Of a stretch of DNA of 64,000 bases, positions 12,962 to 26,198 are shown piece by piece. The position numbers were made by a program, and so were the translations under genes. The notes under the pieces were generated by a model. That model was given only the letters and a program-made list of their open reading frames with translations. It searched no databases and was not told where the DNA came from. Where the stretch lies: assembly GCA_973895155.1 (NCBI GenBank), contig OZ316897.1:10067832-10131831 (forward strand). The letters run 5' to 3'. Within the stretch, counting starts at the first letter, position 1; the number at the start of each line of letters is the position of its first letter. Source of the stretch: Marsupella aquatica (lineage: Eukaryota > Plantae > Marchantiophyta).

Positions 12962-13899
12962 ATTAAATTTCTAAAAAAAGATCAATTTTCTTTCTATTGA
13001 GCTCTCTTCTACCAGCCCTCATCCGATCAAAATATTAATGTCTTGCTATTATATCTTCTAAAATAAATCTATATAAATAAACTCAGTTTTATTTTATGCT
13101 AACGTTTGATTGTGGTGTATTTGGCTAGTTCTATCATTTCTTCAATCATAAGAGGACTGGGAAAAGGATAATCATGTATTGTATATATATGGCTTCCTAT
13201 TGATAAGCTACGCACACTCGAGTGCATGTTGGAGATTGAGACTACAGACTTTAGAGTTTAATTTATCATTACACCAAGTTTTCTTCCTCCAACCCTAGAT
13301 ATTCCATGGCCTTCAAACTACTATGGATGGATTGGACCAGTTGGATGGTATGCCCATCCAAAAGTTTAGTGAGCCAAATTTGATTTAGCAACGTGAGGAC
13401 CTTTTATCATGTAGGCAATGTTTGATGGATGTGAGGACCAAAAAAATGTTACTTAACACTTGGTTGGGAAGCTCGACTTCCTTTACTTATTGTTGATCCT
13501 CCTCATGTTATGTTGTGAGTCTTGTACATATTTTCACTTAGAGTATTTGATGATTTGACAAATCTAACTGCTCATAATCAAACCTGATATTTTTTTAGTT
13601 AGTTTAGATTTAGGAGATGAAAATGCATGTCTTTTCATTCTCCTAAGCTAGTAGGTCTACCATTTCATATATTTATTCAAACATCAATTTCATTTGAGAT
13701 AGAGCAGATAGTTATTTACAACTTTTCATCTTGAAGTTTATCCCTTTCACTTGTAATAAAATTTGGTACAAAAATTTGGTCGTTTGTATGATGAGGCTAC
13801 TCTTCTTTCTTGTAACAATTCATGTTGCAATTTCCATAAGAATTAAAGCACATAAAATACAACATATAGTTTGTATTGGAAGTTCCATTGGTTAGTGTC

Positions 13900-15813
13900 G
13901 GATTTAAACTCCAATGTTTGTAAGTTTTTGTATTTTACATAAAAAACTTTAATTTTGGAGATAAGTATTGCGTGTATTAAAAAAAAATTTATATATTAAG
14001 AAGTAGCAACATTCTTAATTATTTATATATTTAAAATATCATTGTGATATGTTCAATATAACATGATTAGTTTTGCTTTTGAATTGTGCATCATTAAAAC
14101 ATAAAATATGTTACTAGTATTTTAAGCTTAAAAATAGGGCGCAAAAAGCTTATAATAAAAAATTTATTTAATTATGTTATTTTTAGATTGTAAAAAAAAT
14201 ATTTGATATGAATAAAGGTACAAATACGGATTTTCAAAAAATTCTAGAACTCGTAACTAATATCTGGAGAAAAAACCCCATTAGAAATCAATTTTTGGGA
14301 TAGATCCTTTTTGTTATAGCAATCGCAGTGTATGAAAAACATAATTGTGATGCTTTCTTCATTACTCTTACCATGCCCCAGATGGATACACCCATGAACC
14401 AATAGGCACGCCTAGGTGAAGTCTTACAATCTGTTATTATTGATGGCTTGAATAATTAATTTATCGTTGCTGGAGCCCTTATAGGCTTGGAAATGCACAA
14501 AAACTCTTCCAAGGTTAATAAGGGTAAAAGAGAAGACTTAAAAAGCTGGGTATCCTCGTGTACACATAGTTTTATGGATCTATCATCAATTTTTGAATCC
14601 CACTATAAATGATCTTAGGGCATTCTTTATATGAGAAACATTTAATACCAACATTAAAAAACTCAGCACAATAAATATCATCATTTATGAAGGGATGGAA
14701 ACAGAATTAAAGAAGACTAAATCATACTTCTAAAAACCTTAAGTATTTTATTATACTTATAATAAATGTCACTTGTGTTTTCATTTTCTTAATTGCTTGT
14801 GTTTTTGTTTAAGTTATATTTTCTTGAAATATGTTGAGTTTGATCTTAAAATAGCTTAAAACTTTTTAAATTATTATATCATCTAATTTTGTTTTTTCAA
14901 AGGAACACTGAGTGTTTGTATCTATATTTGTTTATTTTTGTATTTGTTACCATATGACGTACAATTTTAAGTCTTGTTGTAAAGAATTTGATCCAGGATG
15001 ATTTGATAAAGTCAAAAATGGATCAAATTCTATTTTTTTGGAGATGAAAAGATTTAAGGAAGAAAATGTTAAACATGGTGAATTAGAGTTATTATAAATC
15101 ATTATAAAAAATTAATCACGATCTATCACTAATATGAATTTTAATATTATTTATATAAAAATACTTATTTGTATGTTACCATTGACTCATAAAAAATGAA
15201 ATATAAAATTCTAATATGCATGTTTATAAATTAAAAGTCATATACATATTATTTAAATGTCTATATATTATAGTCAACACTTATGTCATACATGTTTATA
15301 ATTTTATTTTCTAAATATTTATCATAAGTTTTTATTTTTTATAATATAACATTTGGGCATGATATTTACATATTAATTTTATCTTTACTAATTGAATTTG
15401 ATATTAGAATTATATCATTTTTATCAATATTTTTAATTTTATTTATAAAATATAAAATAAACTTTATTTAAAACTTATCATTTTTATGAAGTGTTAATTG
15501 TTTGCTACTAGTATATAATTATAAGTCGATACTTTATTAATTTATTTCAAATAATGTTAAACAATTGTAATGTAGTTATTTATCAATGGTATTATTTTAT
15601 AAATATATAATTAGATCATGTTCTTATGAGAATTTTTGTATAATTATAGTATGACATAATATTTTTATGTATTTTTTTTTTTTAAAATCAACTTTTGAAA
15701 TTAGATATTTTTTCTTTTTATTAATCAATTTATCTTGTTTTATGTATCATTATAATTATTTAACATTGAGAAATTGAAGTAAGTTATGAATTTATATTAT
15801 AATTATTTTCATA
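13900..15813. other. Extremely AT-rich low-complexity block
   Basis: Long A/T runs, almost no CpG, no ORFs in the track; sharp boundary with Copia sequence at ~15814. Confidence 0.7.
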
Positions 15814-16865
15814 GACCTCCATAAGAACGACCAATGGATGAGACAATGTGAAGATCACGTCAAGAGAATATTACAATTGACAAAGACCGAGGAAGAAATA
15901 TCAGATGCATTTAATGAGATTATACAAGTAACTTGTTTACATATATTTGTTGCAAATATATTTGCGCGTTTGCCAATGATGACTAAATCTGTCATTGACC
16001 AACTATCAAGAGTGAAACATGAACATCTTGTTCGCGCCAAAGACAACCCAAGCAAAGAAGGGCTCCCAAGAGGATACCTTCTTCTACTACACCAATGTCA
16101 TCATCCACAATACCTGATGCAAGCCCCTTGGAAACTCTAAAGAATGTACAAATTTACATTGACTATATAAAAGCTGAGACTATATGGCATAGACAAGATA
16201 TACACATTAATGAAACATTTGCATAATTCATTTTCCAAGATATAATTAATATACCACTAGACCCTAAAATGGTTCAGAAAGCACAAGAAAATCTTAGTTG
16301 ATTGGTTGGAACGGGAAAAATCAATAAATTCAAAGCTAGATTCACTCATTCATAGACAAGTGTTTGGCCCTATAATACCAGCATCACCTAACACCTACTT
16401 AACTGGTTATAAGTGGACTTTTGTGAAAAAAAAATCATGATAAAGGTCACATCGCAAGATACAAAGCACGCCTCATAACAAAAGGGTATACACAAATACC
16501 TGGGCGTAATTTTGATTCAACATATGCCTTTATCATGGTTTCTATCAAACATAAATATCTAGTTGGCTTTTCATTTGGCCATAGATTAATGATGCACCAA
16601 ATGGATGTGATGATAACATACCTATATGGGTTATTGGACACTTATATATAAAAGCACCTCTAGAGCTAATAACTAAGAATATCTATCATATTCATGTGGA
16701 GCATATCCTAAACAGACAAACTCATAGCATATCTATTTCTACCCCTATCACTAAGAGACCCCAAAGAGAGAAAAAGTGACAAGGACCTATAGTCCTTAAC
16801 ATGCACAAACCAATGAATATGGACCTATTGTCCCTCTAGGGAGTGGACCTATTGCCCCTAGTGCA
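15814..16865 (+). mobile_element. Highly decayed Bianca-type Ty1/Copia fragment (post-integrase linker and RT N-half)
   Basis: QCEDHVKRIL ... ISDAFN ... VTCLHIFVANIFAR, then VFGP, GYKWTFV, RYKARL..KGYTQIPG and MDV..TYLYG motifs across shifting frames; colinear with 22080-22900. Confidence 0.8.
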
Positions 16866-19001
16866 TCATTCCATATCTCTGACCAATGATGGATATGTAG
16901 ATCCATGTAAGGACTGAAGCAAAGTGGTAGAATCTAGTACAAGAGGTTTAAAGATGAGAAGTTGACTATGATTCAGTGTTTGCTCAAAGATTGTTGTATC
17001 TATGTATAATTTAGAGTTTACCCTCAATTGCTCTTCCCATGCCGTTGTTGTCATTGGAGGGCTAAAAGGGGGCTATGCAAGGGCATAACCTAAGGAGACC
17101 ATTGGGACTTTGGAAGGAATTGAGGGTTAGGTTAGGCTAGGATTTTTGGTATTTAGTTTGAGGTTCAAGTCAGGGAGTTAAGGGGCTGCCGCCCAATTAC
17201 AACATTTAGTTTGAACATTTTGAAGCTTCAGGTAGAGGCCTGGGTAGAGGTCAAAAGTTAGACTTTGATGCACCATTTAACAACCAAAGATTATGGAAGG
17301 ACAATGTTGGCTAAGAGGACTGTCGTTGGACCTTGGAGTGCATGGTGGAGGTCTTAGATAGCAGACTATTTGTTTGTTATGGACGTCCATTACTATTAGT
17401 TTTGCTAGCATTTGTTGAAATGCCCTTTTTGTCCAGCTCAAGAGGATGATTGTTTCTAATCTAAATGCATACGAAGAGAAGACAAATAATCAGATTAAAC
17501 CAGGAAGGGAAGCTTGGTGACGAAGGGTGCACAAATCTTGAGTTTCATATCCAAGAGTATTGTGTGTCTTGTATTGGCTTATGCAAGTAAGAGTATTGTT
17601 AGTTGTTTTGAAGAACAACTAGGATGTTATTTGTATTTGTTTTACTCTATCATTATCATAGAGTGGTGAAAATCTTTTGCTAAGCCCAATGCTGAGGTGT
17701 TCAATGCCCACTCATATCGAAAGGACCTTTTGCATTCAAGTGAAGTGTCGTGAAGGTCACCTCTGCTTCTTCTCTAAGGCCATGAGCTCAAGCGAATGAG
17801 TTGTCACTTGCCATTGGCTCAATCCCCCTCCATTACATGGAAATAATCTAGTCATGCAATAATTTGCAAAGCAAGGTAGGACGGATGAATGAATGAGCAA
17901 CCCATAGTGTCTAGTTTCCTAATCATAGTGTACATGGTACTCACCACACTATGGACAAATACAAGTTGATGGTTGGAAACCATAGAATAACATATATGAT
18001 TATTTAGTTTCATGGTCTATGGACTCCACAGGAGATGTAGGATGTACTATCAAGTAGAGAGGCGGAGTGAATTGCATTGAATGGAAAGGCAAAGCAAATT
18101 GAATAATTGCAAAATTTGGGCTCCAACAAATGAGATACTTTTCTTTTCTTTATAGACATTGTTTAATTCAAAACAAAACTTTACTTGAAGTTTTTTAGGG
18201 GTCAACATAGTAAAAATGGTCGCTTTAAAGTAAGGGCAAGAAAACAGTATTTTTCATTTGTAAGTTAGGGGGCATAGACCTCAAATGTCGCACATGATGC
18301 AGGACCCTTCATATAATGACGTCCCCAGGGCATATTGAGGAATATTGAGGATGAGAACCTCAAAGACTCATCACATACAAGACCTTGGTAGTCCGTCACA
18401 TAGTCCTGGACTCCTGGTACTCAGGCACGGTCACCCTGGGACGGAAGGGAAATGACAAGAAATGGCTGACTAGAGCAATTTATGGTGACTATATACTTTG
18501 ATGGGTAACTAAGGAGCAGCTGGCTTACTGTTTATTTGTCTTGCTGGCATATGGCTCTAACCTTCCTACCAAAAATGGCTGGTCTCGACCCTCTTTTCAC
18601 ATTTTTCCTTCCTTATAGATATTGGGCCTCTTTTGCCTACTAGAAAACAAGAGTCTAAGCAAAAAAGACAATACTCCTTTGCTACACCCTTCACTTCAGT
18701 TAGACTGAGTAACCCTGACAAAGTTCCACAAATAAGAACATTAGCATGAACCCGGATCCCTGCCACAATATTGCACCCTCAAAAGGGTTAAATAATTTGT
18801 TTTTGAACATTGTGAGTTATCTAGCCCTAGACTAGACCAGAGACTCCATACCATGGTTAAACTTTAACCATACCTGTTCACATACACACCTATATAAATA
18901 GGACCATGACTTTAACATGGAATCCTGATTCATTCTTCATCTCATTGTCTCCTAACACGTTATCACTACGTTGCTCTAGCCCCGAGGAAACGAGGCCAAC
19001 A

Positions 19002-19937
19002 ATGTCAATCCTGAGTGGATTCCCTTCTACCTATGACAAATTACAAGACACATTCTATCTCCCATGGATTGATCAATGTACTCACCCACGGAAGGCAGAA
19101 CTTGATAGACAGATCATGTACTTGTTGAATCACTGCGTGCTAGGAAATCCAGAAGAGTTAGGTGTCCGAACTAGAATTGGATATGGAGAAGGCCGTGTGG
19201 ATCACTACACTCACTGAATACTACAAGAGAATCATCCAATTACTGTCTCATACCTATATATCTATCAGGCTATCAACGACCAATGGCCAACAGGAGAATG
19301 ACATGATTTAGAATTTGTTATGCATTTTGGTCCTAAGTGGATGATTGAGACTGAGATAAAGAGTCCATAGTTAGCAAAATTTGTGGCAAATTTCTCCGAT
19401 TAGGACCAATCCGATCCTGTTTAGTGCACGAATTGAATTGACAGATCAAATTGGCTACCGTGGATGAGTTCCACTAAGGGGGACGAAGACCTGCCATTGA
19501 GGACATTAGACAATCTAGGCCTATGCCAGGAAGACAATCTGAAGGCGAACAGATTAGACCACACTCCCCCACTCAATCCATTGAGAGAAGTGCAAGATCA
19601 AAGCTCCACCCAGACACAGATTCAATTTGGCATAAAGCGATCCAAGGAGAAACGAAGGGGTGCCCACTTCAAACGGTGCCCACTCAATTTGCACCAATTC
19701 CCCCCACAGCAAACATCACAAGACACCAAGGGCCACTCCACCAAGGGTCATTCAACTGAACCCAAGCCCGGGCCCGAGCCTGAACAACAGAGACTCCTCG
19801 AGGGAACAACATCGATAATAGCAAGTTCCACCGATGGCCAGAAAAGTGCAGAGACTTTCAGGGAAGGACTCGATGACCCATCCAACAAATTCCGGGGGGA
19901 GACTTCCTCCCCCATGCCTTTGAAACTTTGCTTGTGA
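19002..19937 (+). pseudogene. Putative decayed extra ORF between PBS and gag of the Copia element
   Basis: ATG at 19002; track ORFs 18906-19217 and 19464-19937 are in the same frame, separated by six in-frame stops; no recognisable domain. Confidence 0.45.
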
Positions 19938-20343
19938 GACACTGATCAGGGAAGGATATACCAACTTGGATCAGGGAAGAACTTGCCTACATACAAAGTG
20001 CACTATTAAGGGCATATTATATACATAAGTCAATGCACATCCATCGCACATTACATCAATCCAACACACACAACATAAACAATTCTATTACACCATGAAT
20101 GATTAAATTCCGCCATTCATTTAAAAACCCCTAAAAGCATTTTCATTTCAAAGAACTTTTATTGGATTCTGAACTCAAAACTCCCCTCAAAATGTGCTTG
20201 TATGTCATTTACAAACCAAACCTAAGGTTTAAAGTGCAACCCTAATCCCGCAAATACCTTTGAGAGATACCAAGCCATAGCTTTGAAAATAGGCAAAGCT
20301 AACTATATAAGACATAGAAAAACTAAACCTAGAAAACCCAATC

Positions 20344-23300
20344 ATGGCGACACTAGAGAAACTCAGCTTCCTGACCTTAAACCTTGACGGATCCAACTAC
20401 CTAGCCTGGTCCCTAGACATTAGGGCTAACCTAATAGCTAAGTCAATTCTCCATGCCATAGTGGAGATCGCCCTGCTGGAACATGAGGATGAGGGAGGAA
20501 CCGGTCTCAAGGAGGCCCTCGCCCACCTCCATATCAGAATTCCCAACCCTATCGAATTCAACTTGCACACACTACGGCATGCGTAACCACAATACTCAGG
20601 ATTGTAGAATCCCGCAATACCGCTTGCAAGACCCCTTCAATGACTTCTCGGACCATACACCCAATCGAGAGGCGCATATGGTCCAGCATACTGATAGCAT
20701 GCAGTTACTAGATCAACCAGATACACGCATTATAGACAGCGGCACCACCCATTCCATACTTAAAGATAGATAACTTTTCTGTCATAATACACCCTCCAGT
20801 CGCTCCCTAACAACCATAAATGGCCCTAGCCCTCTAGAAAGGATACGGCCTAGCATCCCTAAGATTACCTAATGGAACTCTCATAGAGATGGCATCCGCA
20901 ATCTACGCCCCAAGGGCAACTAGAAATCTATTAAGCTTCAAGGACCTTAGGGCTAATGGTCTTCATGTTCACACTGGAAGGCAAAATACCCAGGAGGTCA
21001 TCCACTTAGTGGAGAACTCAACCACGGGCCCACTAATAAAGGAAACCCTATTTTTGTACTTGTCTGGTTTCTACCTCACAAGGATTGAATGTTTGCATAA
21101 TGAGGCCCATACACATGATGACCAGAATAACCTCTAGCATCAGCGACTTGGCCACCCAAGCCAAGCAATGTTGGCAAGGATTATTAAAGGTTTGCGGGGC
21201 CTGCCACCACATCTTAGGCACGTTTCAGCTAAGACCCCATGGGCTGCATGCTCCAGCGGGAAACTCATTTCCCAGCCATCCAAATCCAAATTGCCAACTA
21301 GCATACCTCCATTCTTATCTACAATCCATGCAGACGTGTGTGGCCCTATAAATCCGCCTAGTGGACCATTCCGTTATTTCATGCCTATGGTCGATGCATC
21401 ATCCAAATGGTCCAACTTAGGTTTACTATCCACCCGTAATATGGTCTTTCCAAGAATATTGGCCCAAATCCTGCGCCTGAGAGCGCAGTTCCCTGAGCAC
21501 CCCATTAAAGTCATTAGGGTTGACAACGCTGGTGAATTCACCTTGGCCCACCTTGGATGACCTCTGCACCTCCCTAGGCATAGACGTGCAATATCCAGTC
21601 CCACACATTCATGATCAAAATGGACTAGTAGAAGCAATAATAAAGCGCCTACAACTCGCCTATGCACTCGCCTATGCACTCTCAATTGCCTACATCCGCC
21701 TGGGGTCATGCAGTACTCCATGCCAATACACTTATCCAATATAGACCCTTTGTTTTCAACATCCTCTCCCCGCACCAGATAGGAACAGGGACAACCCCAG
21801 ACCTAACCCACCTTCGTTCGTTTGGCTACTCAGTTATGGTTTCCATAACTCCACCCAAAAGGACAAAAATGGGGCCCCAATGACAACTGGGTATGTGGGG
21901 TTTGATTCCCCGTCCATCGTACGCTACCTTGAACCCACCACAGGGGATGTCTTTAAGGCCAGATTTTCCGACTATCACTTTGATGAGAATATTTTTCCTA
22001 AACTATCCTTGTCGGATTAACATCCACTCCCGTCTTTAGGATGGATGAGGACTTAACCATTTTGGCAAGATATACAAACAAATTAGGGGGAGAGAGAAGT
22101 GCAGTGCATACTGCACCTGCACAAGATAGTTGAAGCAATTCCTGATTCCTTTGTGAATGCCTCCTAAGTGTCCCAATCACATATCCCTATGGCAAATGCG
22201 TCGACACGCATTGCCCTATTCGATGTGCCTACTGCAACCCATCAACCTTTTCAGAAGCGAGGGCACCCACCTTGTGCAAAAGATAAGCACCCTAGGCAAT
22301 GCCAACTGCATCCACCTGCAACATCAAATTCAATTGTAGATACTTCTAGTACAGCTAATGCAAAGATTTCCATTAACTATGCTCATACGGGTGAAATTTG
22401 GAACCGGCAGCTCATCCTCCTAGATGAACGCTTTGCATTAATGGTTTCTACCCAGGTCTCCGATGACATCCCGGACCCCACTTCCATCTTGGAATGCCAA
22501 AAAGGCCTGACTGGCCCCAATGGCATATTGCTATCAACCAAGAACTAGACTCCCGACTAAGCCAAAATACTTTTGGCCCGGCAGTCCCTACACCACCCAA
22601 TGTACATCTTATCGAATATAAGTGGACCTTCATCCACAAAGGAACGATAAGGGACAAGTAGATGCTACAAAGGTTGCTTAGTTGGGAAAGGATTCACCCA
22701 ACAACCGGGTATTCACTATGATGAGACTTATTCACCTGTGATGGACAACATCACCTTCGGGTACCTCATCAGTTTTGCCATTTTTTATAAATTACACATG
22801 CGAAAATTAGATGTGGCCACTGCCTATCTCTATGGGACACTTGACACATGTATCTACATGCGTGCCCCTCCAGAACTAGCAGCACGCCAACATGCATTAG
22901 CCCAGGGAGCTCCCACACATATACCATATATATTCATAAACAAATCACTAACACATCTCATACACCTATGAGACATGACAGTCTTGTGTCCATAGACGCC
23001 AATGCGTCCTCCAGCACCACTGTGCCTATACGCACCTCTGTGCATTCTGGCACCCCTGTGCCTACCATACAACATACTCACCGCGTACTAGCTATCCGCG
23101 TGTTTAAGGCCATCTATGGTCTCAAACAAAATGGCAGAGTATGGTTTCAGAATTTTACAGACGAGACGCTTGTTCTGGGCTTCTCCCATGATGCAATCAC
23201 ACCATGTCTTTTCATTAAACACCTTAATGATGAGTTTGTCATTGTTGCCATCTATGTTGGTGATCTTAATCTATTTGGGACACCAACCCTCACCGACCAA

Positions 23301-23640
23301 ACCATTACCATGTTGAATAAAACCTTCAAAATGAAGGAACTAGGCAATACTAAGTTTTGCATAGGCTTACAACAAGACACCCACTAATTGTTTTGAAGAG
23401 AATGCAACCTGTATTCAACAAATAACATGTGGATTTATCAAGGCCGACAGCATCAAGCACATCGCGCTGAAATTCTTCTTCACCCACGAGCTTCAAGGCC
23501 ACGACATCCAAGTGACGCAAATTTCAAGTGCGACAAACTGCGCTGATCTTATCACCAAGGCGCTGACACCTGCGGCTCACCAATGCCATTGCCATGCAAT
23601 TGGCCTCCGCCGATAACGCCATTTGATGACCACCGATTGA
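20344..23640 (+). pseudogene. Copia gag-pol (gag, protease, integrase, RT, RNase H) with stops, frameshifts and two internal deletions
   Basis: Bianca-like gag start (MATLEKLSFLTLNLDGSNYLAWSLD), degenerate zinc knuckle, IIDSGTTHSIL protease, IHADVCGP / IRVDNAGEF integrase, LDVATAYLYG / AIYGLKQ / IYVGDL RT, and an RNase H tail (KHIALKFFFTHEL ... ADLITKAL). Most of gag is missing, and the RT end is fused to mid-RNase H at ~23380. Confidence 0.92.
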
Positions 23641-25253
23641 CACCAATCACAGCCATGATTCTATTTGACTTTCTCGCCAGGAGGATCGACCGGCTGTACT
23701 CTTTTTCCTTCATGGACATATCTGTTTTTTCTCTACTACCCTAGTAGAATTGTTTCTATTGTACATTAGAGCCACTAAAGGTTTTAACGAGGCAGTCCAC
23801 CTCCTTGGTCGATGTACCATGCATAATCATAAGCATGATGATTTTTTTTTGTCTAGCTCTAGGACTAGTCTAGATTGCCTTCATAATTTCCATTATGTAG
23901 CCAAGGGGGAGTGTTATATATGAGTTATCTAGCCCTAGACTAGACCAGAGACTCCATACCATGGTTAAACTTTAACCACACCTGTTCACATTCACACCTA
24001 TATAAACAGGACCATGACTTCAACATGGAATCCTGATTCATTCTTCAGCTCATCGTCTCCTAATAGTTTTCAGTGAGAGTTAATACTCACACTCGGGGGT
24101 CTCACTATATGGATGCCTCCATATCACCTGCGACGTTTTTAAGCCTTGGACCCCCTAAAATGAAAAAAATTCAACCCTTATAAAGTTGGAATATTCCAAA
24201 AATTTGCTTATAAGGACTCTAATGTCCTTATAAGTCTCAAAACTTGATTTAAAAGACCCTATTGTTCTTCTGAGAACATTCTTAAGTCTTTCCTTTGAAC
24301 CAATAAAATGACCCTATACTTTGTCGCACATGATGTGCCATTTTTGTGGAAGTGAAACATCCGAGTACTCACATTATTTTACTCGCATTTCAAGCCCCAA
24401 AACTATTAGAGCAAGACTATCCTGAGTGAGTTTTGACAGTAATAGTTGATTTTGTATATAAAAAGTTATATGTATTTTTGGTTACTTTGAAAAATTTCAC
24501 CCTCATCCATTTCTTGTCTGCCCTCAATGAAGTTCATGGTAGGCTTTGGGTTCCCACTAACGCGTGCAAATGTTGGCGTGCATGAATGAATGAATCTTAT
24601 AAAAAACTCTCTAACTAAGATTCATTTTTTCAAATAGCTCTTTATCCAAAGAGAGAAAGTGGGTGTCATCCATTCTAGATGATAATCTTGGGTCCGAATG
24701 TCATGCAGAAATTGTTTTAAGAAAGTCATGTTCTTGTTAGTTCATAATTCTTCAGGGTCTCATGGCTGGATTAGTTAGGTGCTTCTTTTTGTCTTGTTTT
24801 TAATCATTAGCCAAGGATGCTACTATTTAACCCTACAGAACAAGCACTGGTCTGGTTGTGGAGTATTTTATCTCACTTATAAAGTAGTTCATGACTATTG
24901 TAGAGTATTTTCTGGCTAACATTCCCCCATAGTGCATTAGATGTTCACGAATGAAACATTATTTTTAAAATTTTCAGCCTGAGTATCATTATAGTCTGCC
25001 TGTAGTTTAGGTAAGTGATTGGCTATTTTTAACCCACAAAACATTGCCTGCCCCCACTTGCGTCATTTGTCCCTTTTGCATTGGTGGCTTCCATCCCCTT
25101 GCTTGGTATTGATGGGCCCTAAATTTCAAACATTAGTGAACGTTGGGATAGAAGGGTTTTGTAAACCATTCCTTTCCAATTTGATAAAAGAAACAACTCC
25201 TTCTAGTGTGAACTTACAACCAAATTTGTGATCGAAGTACTTGTTGGGCACTT

Positions 25254-26120
25254 ACTAGATGTGGCCACTGCATACCTCTACAACTAGACGTGGGCTACCT
25301 ATCCGACACTGATACGGCTAAATCTCAAACTGGGTATGTTTTCACCATAAGCCGCACTGCATTCTCCTGGAAGAGTGTCAAGCAGACTATCACCACTACC
25401 TCTTCTAACCACTCCAAGATAATTGCCCTACACAAAGCCAGCCACCAAGCTGTGTGGCTCTGCTCCTTCCTTAATCATATCCACACTAACTATGGCCTAA
25501 ACCCACTAAAGGAGCCTACTAATATCTTTGAAGACAATGCAACCTTTATTCAGCAGATCAAGCATGGCTTCATCAAGGGCAACCGCATCAAGCATAGCAC
25601 GCTGAAGTTCTTCTTCACCCACGAACTTCACGGTCGCGACATCCAGGTGACACATATTTCAAGTTTGACAAACTGCATTGATCTCTTCACCAAGGCACTG
25701 ACTCCTGCGGTTCATGATTGCCACTGCCATGTGATTGGCCTCCGTCAATTACGCCATATGATGACCGCCGACTGATGCACACAACCGCCATGGTTCTACT
25801 CACTTTTCTTGCCAGGAGGATCGACTGACTGTACTATTTTTCCTCTAGGGCCATATTTTTTCCCTCTACTATCCTGGTAGAGTTGTTGTTACCTCAATCT
25901 AGCGCCGCTAAAGGTTTTCACGAGGCAGTCCACCTCTTTGGTCGATGTAACATGCATATCTATAAGCATGATGATAAATTATGTTTTGTCTAGCTCTAGG
26001 ACTAATCTAGATTGCCTTCATAATTCCCATTATGCCGCCAAGGGGGAGTGTTATGAGTCCCCTAGCCCCAGACTAGACTAGAGTCACTATACCATGGTTA
26101 TACCTTAACCATGCCTGTTT

Positions 26121-26196
<76 letters not shown>
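25254..26196 (+). mobile_element. 3' fragment of a related Bianca-type Copia (RNase H, 3' UTR, PPT, interrupted LTR); the LTR is completed at 29728-29755
   Basis: LDVATAYL fused directly to GYLSD...SQTGYVF...SWKS RNase H (25290-25775); 3' UTR colinear with 23640-23911; PPT 26040-26048; LTR starts TG at 26049 and resumes ttcattctt...ttaaca after the nested element. Confidence 0.88.
26121..26194. repeat. Compound (AC)n(AT)n microsatellite inside the interrupted LTR
   Basis: Directly visible; occupies the position of cacacctatataa in the related LTRs. Confidence 0.95.

Positions 26197-26198
<2 letters not shown>

Larger units (their letters stand above)
18804..24065 (+). mobile_element. Bianca-type Ty1/Copia LTR retrotransposon, both LTRs present, internally deleted
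   Basis: 154-bp LTRs at 18804-18957 and 23912-24065 (7 mismatches over the last 145 bp); 5-bp TSD GTTTT at 18799-18803 and 24066-24070; PBS cgttatcactacg at 18958; PPT aagggggag at 23903-23911. Confidence 0.93.

Noticed and set aside
16866-18790. Further LINE/LTR remnants
   Set aside because: Composition suggests decayed elements, but no diagnostic motif or terminus could be fixed.
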